Positions 10,608 to 20,724 of a stretch of DNA of 64,000 bases are shown one piece after another. Both the position numbers and the translations under genes were made by a program. The stretch covers positions 736,001 to 800,000 of the forward strand of contig JAYQLI010000035.1 in NCBI GenBank assembly GCA_038143065.1, written 5' to 3'. This DNA is from Rhodospirillales bacterium (GTDB lineage Bacteria > Pseudomonadota > Alphaproteobacteria > Bin95). The notes beneath the pieces are model-generated. The model was not told where the DNA came from, searched no databases, and saw only the letters and a list, made by a program, of their open reading frames with translations. Numbering within the stretch: the first letter of the stretch is position 1; the number at the start of each line of letters is the position of its first letter.

Positions 10608-12191
10608 TTATTCTTGTACGGATAGTCCTTCGTTGGCTAGGGCGCTTTTAATAAGTTCTATTGTTTCATCCACACCATATAGGGCAATAAAGCTACCCAT
10701 TCGCGGACCGGATGATTGTCCTAAAAGCACTTCATAGAGAGCTTGGAACCATTCTCGCAGATTTTCATACCCATGCGTTTTACCAACATGATAGACAGCA
10801 TTTTGCAACATCTCTGCAGACCGATCTTCCGCAGAAGCAAGTCTATCACTGAGATCAGCCATAGCGGCGCGTTCTGCAGCACTTGGAGCCCGATAGGCTT
10901 TTTCAGGTTTCACAAAGTCTCGATAATAAGCCAATGCATACCCTACCAAGCGATCCAACATTGGTGCTGTCTCAGGAGTAAGCTCCGGCGAATACCGCCC
11001 AATAAAACCCCATAGTGTTGCTTTGTCCTCTGCGTTGCAGACAGCCGCTAGATTCAAAAGAAGAGAGAAAGAAAAGTCTCCCTCTGTCGCCGGAGGGTTA
11101 CCACCATGAATATGCCATGATGGATTATCTAATTGTTTCTCTGGCTCCTGATTCCCAAAGCCCGCTAAATGTTGGCGATATTCGTCAACCGCCCGCGGTA
11201 TAACATCGAAATAAAGTCGTTTTGCGGCGGTAGGCTTTTGAAACATAAACATCGACAAGCTTTCAGGTGGCGCATACGCAAGCCATTCCTCCACAGAAAG
11301 GCCATTACCTTTTGATTTTGAAATTTTTCCACCTTCGTGATCGAGGAATAATTCGTAGGTGAATCCTTCAGGAGGTTTTCCGCCTAGGATCCTACAAATT
11401 GAGGAAGATAACTTGACACTCTCGATCAAGTCTTTTCCCGACATTTCATAATCAACGTCAAGGGCGAACCATCGCATGGCCCAGTCAGCTTTCCATTGCA
11501 GCTTGCAGTGCCCACCTGTGACAGGAGTTTCAATCAGTTTTCCGTTACTGGGATCAACATAAACGATCGTACCCGCATCTGGCCGTACTTCTTTTGCTGG
11601 TACTTGAAGAACCTCGCCCGTTTCTTCTGAAATTGGGAGAAATGGGCAATAGGTCTCCCTGCGCTCTTGGCCAAGCGTCGGAAGTATTACTTTCATGACT
11701 TTGTCAAACTGACGAAGCATCGCCATCAGAGCCTGGTCAAACTCTCCAGATTTGTAACATTCAGTGGACGATTTGAATTCATACTCAAATCCAAATTCGT
11801 CAAGAAATGCCCTCAGACGCGCATTATTATGAGCCCCAAAACTATCATGAGTTCCAAATGGGTCAGGTACTTGAGTTAGAGGTTTGTTTAGGTGTTTGGA
11901 TAACATCTCTTTATTGGGAACATTATCCGGAACCTTTCGCAGGCCATCCATATCGTCTGAAAAAGCAAAGAGCCGAGTAGGAATGTCTGATAATTCTGCA
12001 AAAGCACGCCTAACCATTGAGGTTCGTGCCACTTCACCAAAGGTACCAATATGAGGCAATCCCGATGGACCATAACCGGTTTCAAATAGAGCATAGCCTT
12101 TTTCAGACTTACTGTGCTCCATTCGCTTGAGCACTTTTCGTGCTTCTTGAAAGGGCCAAGCTCGAGCGTTTTCAGCATTTGCGTTCGGCAT
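10608..12191 (-). CDS. lysS: Lysine--tRNA ligase, class I
   Basis: [19 protein letters not shown] (HIGH-like), KISKSKGN (KMSKS-like) and [12 protein letters not shown]. Confidence 0.96.
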   Translation of the reverse strand: MPNANAENARAWPFQEARKVLKRMEHSKSEKGYALFETGYGPSGLPHIGTFGEVARTSMVRRAFAELSDIPTRLFAFSDDMDGLRKVPDNVPNKEMLSKHLNKPLTQVPDPFGTHDSFGAHNNARLRAFLDEFGFEYEFKSSTECYKSGEFDQALMAMLRQFDKVMKVILPTLGQERRETYCPFLPISEETGEVLQVPAKEVRPDAGTIVYVDPSNGKLIETPVTGGHCKLQWKADWAMRWFALDVDYEMSGKDLIESVKLSSSICRILGGKPPEGFTYELFLDHEGGKISKSKGNGLSVEEWLAYAPPESLSMFMFQKPTAAKRLYFDVIPRAVDEYRQHLAGFGNQEPEKQLDNPSWHIHGGNPPATEGDFSFSLLLNLAAVCNAEDKATLWGFIGRYSPELTPETAPMLDRLVGYALAYYRDFVKPEKAYRAPSAAERAAMADLSDRLASAEDRSAEMLQNAVYHVGKTHGYENLREWFQALYEVLLGQSSGPRMGSFIALYGVDETIELIKSALANEGLSVQE

Positions 12192-12444
12192 GGATTAGGA
12201 GATCCCGAGTTAGTGTCAAAGATCGGTTCCGAATAGCGACACACTGTTTCGGGAAAAACCGATACCATCGAAGGATTTATTAGTCGGAAGATGATATGTT
12301 GCCAAGCTGTACCGAAAAATAGTCTTCATCCTCATCTCAAACCCTCGAACCTTAAGATTAAATATTTCTCAAAAACTTGCCCTTCTGGTTCGTCCCAGCC
12401 AAATTGCATGTTAGATTCCGTATACCAGCGGAGTGGAGGCCCTG

Positions 12445-15400
12445 ATGCAGTTACGCAACGTTTCGCTCGAAGATAAATATATACTGGAAAACGGCAGTGC
12501 CTTTATGACAGGCACGCAGGCTCTGGTACGTTTACCAATGATACAGAGGCAGCGTGACCTCTCTGCCGGCTTAAATACTGCAGGCTACATTTCTGGATAT
12601 AGAGGTTCTCCACTCGGTGCGTATGACCAGCAACTCTGGTCAGCTCGTAAACACCTAGCTGCTCATCACATAACATTCCGACCCGGCATAAATGAAGATT
12701 TAGCAGCTACTGCCGTATGGGGTGCCCAGCAAATAGAACACTCTGGTGAAGCAAAATACGATGGAGTGTTTGGAATCTGGTACGGAAAAGGTCCAGGTGT
12801 GGATCGGTCGGGTGATGTATTCAAGCATGCAAATCAAGCCGGTTCAGCGCGACACGGTGGTGTTATCGCACTTGCTGGCGATGACCATATGGCCAAGTCA
12901 TCAACTGTTGCACATCAAAGCGAGTTTGCATTTGTCGATGCATTGATTCCAATTTTTTCACCTGCAGGGGTCCAAGAATTTTAGACTATGGTCTTCATGG
13001 CTTTGCGATGTCTCGCTTCAGCGGGCTATGGGCCGGATTTAAAGCAATTGGTGAAACAGTAGACTCATCTGCAGTTGTTGATCTGGACCCAGAGCGTGTT
13101 CGTCCATCCCTCCCCCATTTTGAAATGCCAGAAGGTGGGCTCAATAATCGTCAAATAGTCACCGAATTTTTGATGCTCGAGGAAATTCTGCATCGATATA
13201 AGCTCCCTGCAGCTAAGGCATATGCACGTGAAAACCGACTGGATCGTGTTGTTATAGGGGGCCCTGAAAGGCGAATTGGCGTAGTGACTGTTGGAAAGTC
13301 ATATCTTGATGTCCGGCAAGCTTTTGATGAACTTGGACTAACCGAAGCAGAGGCCGCACGTCTCGGCATCTCCTTGTATAAGGTCGCAATGCCATGGCCG
13401 CTGGAGACTGAGGGAGCGCAGGCGTTTTGTGAAGGCTTAGACCTCGTCATGGTTGTTGAAGAAAAACGGGGATTAATTGAGCCTCAACTTAAGGAAGCTC
13501 TCTATGGAATTAGCGCTGACCGACGTCCAGTAATAATTGGCAAGCAGGATGAAACTGGAGATGAGTTATTTCCTGCTTATGGCGAACTTACGCCTGGGAT
13601 TATAGCCCGCGCACTTGCCGACAGACTAAAAATTTCTGGCATAGACGAGCAAGGCCAACGTCGTATTGATGACGCTCTTGCACGATACGACAGACTGGAT
13701 GCCTCAGCATCTGGCAACCAACCACCTTCTATGAGTAGAACTCCATACTTCTGTTCTGGTTGTCCCCACAACACATCTACAAAAGTGCCAGAAGGTAGTC
13801 GTGCTGGTGCGGGAATAGGCTGCCATTATATGGCGTTATGGATGGACAGAGCCACTTCTGGCTTCACCCATATGGGTGCAGAGGGCGCCAACTGGGTTGG
13901 GCAAGCTCCATTTGTTGAAACACAGCATATTTTCCAAAACATAGGTGACGGGACCTACAATCATTCTGGCTTGCTAGCTATCCGGCAGGCAGCTGCTGCT
14001 GGCGTGAATATCACATACAAGATCCTATATAACGACGCTGTCGCAATGACAGGTGGTCAGCCTCATGACGGCACTTTAACTGTTGCAGAAATCAGTCGAC
14101 AGGTTCATGCCGAGGGGGCAAAGCGTATAGTCGTAGTAACAGACGAACCCGACAAATACCCCAGTGATTTTGGCTTCGCTCCCGGCGTAACAATTCATCA
14201 CCGCCAAGAGTTGATGAAGGTGCAGCGGGAATTACGCGAAACCTTGGGGTTAAGTGTATTAATTTATGATCAAACCTGCGCTGCTGAAAAACGTCGTCGC
14301 CGCAAACGTGGGACATTCCCCAATCCTCCAAAGCGCGCATTCATTAATGAGCGCGTTTGCGAAGGCTGCGGTGATTGCGGAGTGAAATCAAATTGTGTCT
14401 CAGTGGCTCCAATAGAGACTGAATATGGTCGCAAGCGGCGCATTGATCAGTCAGCTTGCAATAAAGACTATTCTTGTATGCAGGGATTCTGTCCTTCCTT
14501 CGTTACTGTGCTGAATGGAGAGCCAAGGAAGTCACCACCCGTTGCTGAAGATCCACAACGCATCTTGCCCGTTCCTGATCTCCCCAGCCTAGAAAAGCCC
14601 TACGGGGTCCTATTAACCGGTATAGGTGGTACAGGCGTTGTGACAGTGAACGCTGTATTAGCAATGGCTGCTCATCTAGAAGGTAAAGCTGCAACAGTTC
14701 TCGACATGGCAGGGTTGGCTCAAAAAGGTGGAGCTGTCTGGTCTCATCTTCGAATTGCTCAAAAAGCTGATGATCTGCATGCAACACGCATAGCATTGGG
14801 CGGAGCAGATTTGCTTCTTGGGTGTGATATTGTGACTGCCGCTCAACCCGACAGTATTTCAAAGCTAGAACGAGGGCAGTCCAAAGCTGTAATTAACACA
14901 TATCGGCAATTCACTGGAGACTTTACCAGAGATCCAGATTTTCAATTTCCAACTGATGAATTGAAAAACCGAATTGAAGGTGGCGTAGGACCAAACTCCG
15001 CCTTCTTCCTTGATGGGACTGAGCTAGCCACAAAGCTTATGGGCGATTCAATTGCAACCAATCTATTTATGACTGGATATGCATGGCAAAAAGGCCTTAT
15101 TCCTCTTGCACTCGATGCGATCTTAAAAGCAATTGAACTCAATGGTGTAGGCATCGAAATGAATACGCGTTCCTTCCATTGGGGGCGTATGGCAGCCTAC
15201 GACCTATCCAAAGTTGAGGCCGCGGCTGGGCCAAAACGAGAAATTAAAAAACCCTTAAACCTCGAAGAAACCATTGCAGATCGTATGGCGGAACTTACCG
15301 CGTATCAAAACACACGATATGCCAAAAAATATAAGGCACTCGTTAATAAGGTATCCGAAGCTGAGCAGGCAGTAGCGCCTGGTAAAACATCTTTAGCAAT

Positions 15401-15923
15401 GGCTGCAGCCCGATACGGGTATAAGCTTATGGCTTATAAAGATGAGTACGAGGTTGCGCGCCTCTATTCTGATCCAAAATTCCGGGAGCGCTTAGAGGCT
15501 CAATTCGAAGGTAATTTTGAGCTGCGCTTTAATCTTGCACCACCTCTCATGTCTAAGATTGATCCTGTATCTGGAGAGCCAATCAAAAAAGAATTCGGCC
15601 CATCCATGGAAAAGTGGTTCCGGCAGCTCGCGAAGCTGAAAGCCTTGCGTGGTACTAAGCTGGATATCTTTGGTCGCACGGAAGAGCGCAAGCGCGAAAG
15701 GGCATTAATTAGCGAGTATTCACAGCTGGTTGATAAGATTACAGACGAACTTACGAAAGAAAACTATCAGTTTGCTGTCGGTCTTTTGAGCATCCCCGAA
15801 CACATCCGAGGGTATGGACACGTCAAACTGCGCAACCTCGACATTGCTAAAGCAGAAGAAACCCGCCTTCTGGAAGCCTTTGACAACCCAGATGCTGTGA
15901 AGCTTACCCAGGCTGCCGAGTGA
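12445..15923 (+). CDS. Indolepyruvate ferredoxin oxidoreductase family protein, fused single chain (frameshift near 12980)
   Basis: GTQALVRL..SGYRGSPLG, NEDLAAT, RTPYFCSGCPHN, GDGT..HSG (TPP), CEGCGDC..C/CPSF Fe-S motifs and LMAYKDEYEVARL; GGAGG RBS before ATG 12445. Confidence 0.92.
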
Positions 15924-16639
15924 TGAAAACACTAGATGTTCAAGTATGGCGAGGTAATAAAAACGGAAGTTTTGAAAAATTCGAAGCTCCTGCTCAAGAA
16001 AATCAGACTGTCCTCGATGTAGTGACTTGGATACAGCGGAATGCTGATCCTAGCTTATCTTATAGGTTCGCGTGCAGAGTAGGCATGTGTGGATCATGTG
16101 CAATGACTGTTAACGGCCGGCCGCGCTGGACCTGCCGCACCCACGTCTCACGTGTTGCAAAAGATGGAAAATTAAAAATAGAGCCACTATTAAATCTTCC
16201 AATAATCAAAGATCTAGCTAGCGACCTTAAACCATTCTTTGATAAATGGAATGCAGCAAGAGGTACCTTTGAAGCTGCAATAAAGAGAGAAGATCCTCTT
16301 ATACCAATCTCTCCAGATCAACCGGAACGAGCAGCTGCAAACGCGGCAATTGAATGTATTAACTGTGCCGTCTGCTACTCAGCCTGTGACATGGTTAGTT
16401 GGAAGCCATCCTATTTGGGCCCTGCAGCACTAAATAGAGCATGGGCAGCATGGAACGATGTACGAAATGAAAATCGTTTGGATGTTTTAAAAGCTGTGTC
16501 AGATGATGCTGGATGCCATAACTGCCATAGTCATCAATCTTGTTCAGAACATTGCCCAGTTGGCCTGAATCCAACGATGTCTATTGCCGGTCTCAAACGG
16601 GCAACTTCAAAAGCCTTATTGAAAGGCGATCTGAAGTGA
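15923..16639 (+). CDS. Succinate dehydrogenase/fumarate reductase-like iron-sulfur subunit
   Basis: CRVGMCGSC ([2Fe-2S]), CINCAVCYSAC and CHSHQSCSEHCP clusters; TGATG overlap with the upstream gene. Confidence 0.9.
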   Translation: MKTLDVQVWRGNKNGSFEKFEAPAQENQTVLDVVTWIQRNADPSLSYRFACRVGMCGSCAMTVNGRPRWTCRTHVSRVAKDGKLKIEPLLNLPIIKDLASDLKPFFDKWNAARGTFEAAIKREDPLIPISPDQPERAAANAAIECINCAVCYSACDMVSWKPSYLGPAALNRAWAAWNDVRNENRLDVLKAVSDDAGCHNCHSHQSCSEHCPVGLNPTMSIAGLKRATSKALLKGDLK

Positions 16640-16968
16640 TAACTGCGAAATTATATTTAATTCAGCGAATATCAGCTCTGTTAATGGCTCCGCTTGTAAT
16701 TGCTCATCTCATTGGAATTATCATGGCGGTGCAAGGGGGTTTAACAGCAGACGAAATCTTAGGCCGAACACAAGGTTCCCTTGGGTGGATGTTCTTTTAT
16801 GGTGCCTTTGTGATTCTAGTCGCTGTTCATGGTACTGTTGGTCTTCGTTCAATTTTAATTGAATGGACACCGATTGCTAATCGTATTGTTGACGTCTTAA
16901 CTGCGTTTTGGCTCATTTCAGCGCTAATTCTTGGGCTTCGAGCCGTAGTAGCGGTAACATGGTTGTGA
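16636..16968 (+). CDS. Sdh-like membrane anchor subunit (SdhD-like)
   Basis: QRISALLMAPLV.AH and AVHG..GLR with three TM helices; GTGA overlap. Confidence 0.8.
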   Translation: MITAKLYLIQRISALLMAPLVIAHLIGIIMAVQGGLTADEILGRTQGSLGWMFFYGAFVILVAVHGTVGLRSILIEWTPIANRIVDVLTAFWLISALILGLRAVVAVTWL

Positions 16969-17306
16969 TGAAGCCCACCAGAAAACATTCAGGATATTGG
17001 GCCTTTTTAGTCCACCGCTTGTCTGGTCTCGGGCTTGCCCTCTTTCTTCCATTACATTTCCTTGCTCTCGGTACCGCCATTCAAGGCGCAGCCAAATTGG
17101 ACAGTTTTCTAGAATGGACCGAAAATCCAATAGCTAAATTTGCAGAGATAATTCTCGTGATACTTTTATCTGCTCATTTAACTGGTGGCCTGCGTCTGCT
17201 TGCTCTCGAGTTTTTACCATGGAGCGAGAGGCAAAAAACTTGGATATCCATTGGAGCTGGTATCTCCCTCGCAGCAGGCCTCGCAATGCTTTTTAATCTG
17301 ATTTGA
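16968..17306 (+). CDS. Sdh-like cytochrome b556 subunit (SdhC-like)
   Basis: HRLSGLGL..FL..H and AHLTGGLR.L; TGATG overlap. Confidence 0.82.
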   Translation: MKPTRKHSGYWAFLVHRLSGLGLALFLPLHFLALGTAIQGAAKLDSFLEWTENPIAKFAEIILVILLSAHLTGGLRLLALEFLPWSERQKTWISIGAGISLAAGLAMLFNLI

Positions 17307-17314
17307 GGGTAACA

Positions 17315-19075
17315 ATGGCTCAGATAACTCGATCTCGCGTTGATATCTTAATCTTAGGTTCCGGAGGGGCAGGTTTATTTGCGGCTCTTCATGCGGCAAA
17401 GGCAAATCCGGACCTCGAGATAGCTGTTGCTGTGAAAGGGCTGATGGGTAAGAGCGGCTGCACGCGGATGGTGCAAGGCGGCTACAACGTTGCATTAGAC
17501 CCTAGAGACAGTCTCGAACGACATTTCATGGATACAATTGTTGGAGGCAAATGGCTTCCGCATCAGGACCTAGCTTGGACGCTCGTGGAACAAGCAGTCA
17601 TTCGTATCCAAGAGTTAGAAAATGAACTTGGGTGCTTCTTTGACCGAAACTCTGATGGCTCTCTTCATCAGAAAGCATTCGCCGGCCAAAGCTTTGACCG
17701 CACCGTTCATAAAGGAGACCTAACCGGTATCGAAATTGTAAATAGGCTCATGGAAAATGTGCTGGCGTTGCGTGTGCAACAACTCGAAGAGCATCGAGCA
17801 TTAGCTTTAATCAAAGCAAAAGACGGCTCAGGCATTTCGGGCGTTATGATGACGGATATGCGCACCGGCGATTTCCACTTTGTACAAGCAAAAGCGGTTC
17901 TATTAGCTACAGGTGGAGGTCCAACGATGTACCTCTACCATACTCCATCTGGAGATAAGGCAAGCGATGGATACGCCATGGCACTTCGCGCCGGCCTTAG
18001 CCTTCGGGATATGGAAATGGTCCAATTTCACCCAACCGGGCTCCTAGCCGGACCAAATACCCGCATGACCGGGACAGTTCTGGAAGAAGGCCTACGAGGA
18101 GCCGGCGGATATCTGCTCAATGGAGAAGGCAATCGCTTTATGTTTGACTACCATGACCATGGTGAAAGAGCGACGCGGGACATTGTTTCACGTGCCATAG
18201 ATTCCGAAATGCGGGCGGGTCGCACAACACCGATGGGGGGTGTTTACATTGAAATGAAACACCTAGGTCCAGAAGCAGTTCGAACACAATTTAAAGGTAT
18301 GGTTGATCGCTGTAATGATTGTGGCTTTGATCTTGCATCTGGTCGTGTTGAGGTTGTTCCAACCGCTCATTACATGATGGGTGGAGTAGAATTTGAACCC
18401 GGGTGCACCACGGAAATTCCTGGACTTTATGTGGCTGGTGAAGACGCTGGAGGAGTTCACGGCGCAAACCGTTTAGGGGGAAATGGTGTTGCAAACTCCA
18501 CCGTTTTTGGTGGCTTGGCGGGGGATGAAATGTCAAAGGCTCTCGCGGCAAGACAGCACGACTGGTCGGATCCTGATGAGGCCGAGATTGATAATTGTGT
18601 TGCGACCGTCCTAGCTCCCTTTGGTAAACCAACTGGCGACGTCAACAGCATCAGAGAACGGTTATATACCTTGATGTGGGATGATGTCGGGATAATTCGG
18701 GATGCAAATAGCCTGGCAAGAGGAGCATCCAGCCTCTCAAGCCTTAAAGAAGAGTTAAAAAATACAGGCATTGCTGACACAGGTCGCGCTTTTAATCTTT
18801 CATGGCATGACTGGCTAAATCTAGAAAGTCAGATCCTCGCTTCAGAAGCTATTTGCGAGGCTGCGAGAGGGCGAGAGGACTCACGTGGCGCTCATTTTCG
18901 AAGTGATTTTCCAGAGACAGGTAACCTAATGAGCACTCATTTTACGAGTGTAAAAATGACATCCAATGGAGAACTCTCCGTTACCAGCAAGCCTGTTGAT
19001 TTTAATATAGTTAAGCCAGGAGATAGCTTGATTGATGACGATGCCGGCGCCCCACCGATACTCGCAGCTGTCTGA
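17315..19075 (+). CDS. SdhA/FrdA/TfrA-family flavoprotein, non-canonical
   Basis: GSGGAG FAD motif, QFHPTG, TRDIVSR, PTAHYMMGG, HGANRLGGN and EDSRGAHFR. It has KSGCT in place of RSHT. Confidence 0.9.
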   Translation: MAQITRSRVDILILGSGGAGLFAALHAAKANPDLEIAVAVKGLMGKSGCTRMVQGGYNVALDPRDSLERHFMDTIVGGKWLPHQDLAWTLVEQAVIRIQELENELGCFFDRNSDGSLHQKAFAGQSFDRTVHKGDLTGIEIVNRLMENVLALRVQQLEEHRALALIKAKDGSGISGVMMTDMRTGDFHFVQAKAVLLATGGGPTMYLYHTPSGDKASDGYAMALRAGLSLRDMEMVQFHPTGLLAGPNTRMTGTVLEEGLRGAGGYLLNGEGNRFMFDYHDHGERATRDIVSRAIDSEMRAGRTTPMGGVYIEMKHLGPEAVRTQFKGMVDRCNDCGFDLASGRVEVVPTAHYMMGGVEFEPGCTTEIPGLYVAGEDAGGVHGANRLGGNGVANSTVFGGLAGDEMSKALAARQHDWSDPDEAEIDNCVATVLAPFGKPTGDVNSIRERLYTLMWDDVGIIRDANSLARGASSLSSLKEELKNTGIADTGRAFNLSWHDWLNLESQILASEAICEAARGREDSRGAHFRSDFPETGNLMSTHFTSVKMTSNGELSVTSKPVDFNIVKPGDSLIDDDAGAPPILAAV

Positions 19076-19120
19076 AAAACCTGATACGTTCATCCTGACG
19101 CATTAGGCTGGAAGATAATT

Positions 19121-20083
19121 ATGATCTCAATATCTACTGTCGAGGCGGCGGCATATGATGCGATGTGTAAAGCTGCCATTGAAATTCCCGACGATTACCT
19201 AACTGGTCTCAAAGCGCTTGTCGCAACAGAACAAGGTGACCTATCCCACTTTGTTCTAGAGGCGATGCTAGAAAATTATGAGGCAGCGAAGGCCGACCGC
19301 CGCGCAATGTGTGCGGATACTGGGGTTCCAAGGTACTACGTAAAAACAGGCAATGAGGCTGTTATCGAAGGTGGGTTTGTTGCTATTGAAGCGGCACTTC
19401 GGGGGGCTTGTGCTCGGGCAACTCATGACGTGCCGCTTCGGCCAAATCGCGTCCACCCTCTTTCCCGACACGACAACAATAATAATGTTGGCCTGAACGC
19501 ACCAGAAATCGAATACTCCTTTGAACCCGATGCCGACTGGATTGAAATAACAACAGTCCATAAAGGAGGTCTCTTCGGTACCGATTACCGGATGCTTTTT
19601 CCTGCAGATGGCACTGATGGGATAAAACGCTTCTTTCTAGATGCAATCATCGCATTCGGAAAACGAGGTTTAGCCTGCCAACCCGCAATAATCGGCATTG
19701 GTATCGGTGGATCTAAAGACACGTGCATGGTGCTAGGTAAACAGGCTGCCTGCTTACGTGCTGTTGGAGAGGCAAATCCTGATCCTGAAGTTGCTGCATT
19801 AGAAGCAGAGTTGAAAGAACTTGGTAATTCGGTAGGAATGGGTGCAATGGGCTTTGTTGGCTCCTCCATGGTCGTCGATTGTCATATAGAATGTGGTTTC
19901 ACCCATACGGGTGGTATGCCCATTTCAATTCATGCTTTTTGTCTTTCTTCGAGACGAGCAACAGCTCGAATTTACGCCGATGGAAGCGTTCAACTTCGCT
20001 CCGAGCCAAATTGGTTCACCCCGTATATGCGCAGGAATGAAATATCATGGCAGCAAGTGGAAAAATCCAAAAAGTCCGCCTGA
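19121..20083 (+). CDS. Fe-S hydro-lyase alpha subunit (class I fumarase/L-tartrate dehydratase family)
   Basis: MCADTG, LRPN.VHP, ACQPAIIGIGIGG, G.GAMGFVG and AFC; three cluster Cys retained. Confidence 0.87.
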   Translation: MISISTVEAAAYDAMCKAAIEIPDDYLTGLKALVATEQGDLSHFVLEAMLENYEAAKADRRAMCADTGVPRYYVKTGNEAVIEGGFVAIEAALRGACARATHDVPLRPNRVHPLSRHDNNNNVGLNAPEIEYSFEPDADWIEITTVHKGGLFGTDYRMLFPADGTDGIKRFFLDAIIAFGKRGLACQPAIIGIGIGGSKDTCMVLGKQAACLRAVGEANPDPEVAALEAELKELGNSVGMGAMGFVGSSMVVDCHIECGFTHTGGMPISIHAFCLSSRRATARIYADGSVQLRSEPNWFTPYMRRNEISWQQVEKSKKSA

Positions 20084-20724
20084 ATGCTCCCATTGCAGAC
20101 TCAGACATAGCTGCGTTGGAAATTGGGCAAGTCGTTTATCTCGATGGCTTGATTTATACAGGGCGAGAGGGTGTTTACAATCGTGTTCTAGCGGAAGGCA
20201 AAGCACCGCCAGTTGATCTAAAAACACTTACAAACGTAAATTTTCATTGTTCTCCTGCAGCGGCTAAGGATACTGACGGAACGTTTCGCGTGGGCGCCGT
20301 GACAGCTACAGCTAGCTTTCGCTTCTCTAAATGGCTCCCTCGCTGGTTTGCTGAAACAGGCTGCAAAGTCATAATTGGCAAGGGCGGAATGAGCTCATCA
20401 GATTATCAATCAGCTTTCGTACCAGCAGGGGCTGTTTATTTGACTACAGTTGGATATGGCACCGGTGCTTTACTCGGCAGAGGGATAAAAAAAGTTGAAG
20501 CTGCACATTGGTTAGATGAACTGGGAGTTGCGCAAGCAATGTGGGTCCTCCGGGTGGAGAATTTTGGGCCCCTGCTCGTCGAAAGTGATCTGCAAGGCCG
20601 CAGCCTTTTTGAAGAAAATAACGCCGAGGTTAATGGAAAAATAGCCAAGCTCTATGATGGGCTAAAGGCACCTAGCCTTTCACGTTACGGCGAAACCGAC
20701 GATAAAACGAAGGAATTAATCTAG
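20047..20724 (+). CDS. Fe-S hydro-lyase beta subunit (fumarase/tartrate dehydratase beta family)
   Basis: LEIGQVVYLDG.IYTGRE, FHCSP, IIGKGGM and LG..QAMW...VENFGPLLV..D..G. Confidence 0.87.
   Translation: MAASGKIQKVRLNAPIADSDIAALEIGQVVYLDGLIYTGREGVYNRVLAEGKAPPVDLKTLTNVNFHCSPAAAKDTDGTFRVGAVTATASFRFSKWLPRWFAETGCKVIIGKGGMSSSDYQSAFVPAGAVYLTTVGYGTGALLGRGIKKVEAAHWLDELGVAQAMWVLRVENFGPLLVESDLQGRSLFEENNAEVNGKIAKLYDGLKAPSLSRYGETDDKTKELI

Noticed and set aside
15923-19075. Calling the cluster canonical sdhCDAB or nadB
   Set aside because: The gene order, missing covalent-FAD His and altered active site argue against Sdh. The Fe-S and membrane subunits argue against NadB.
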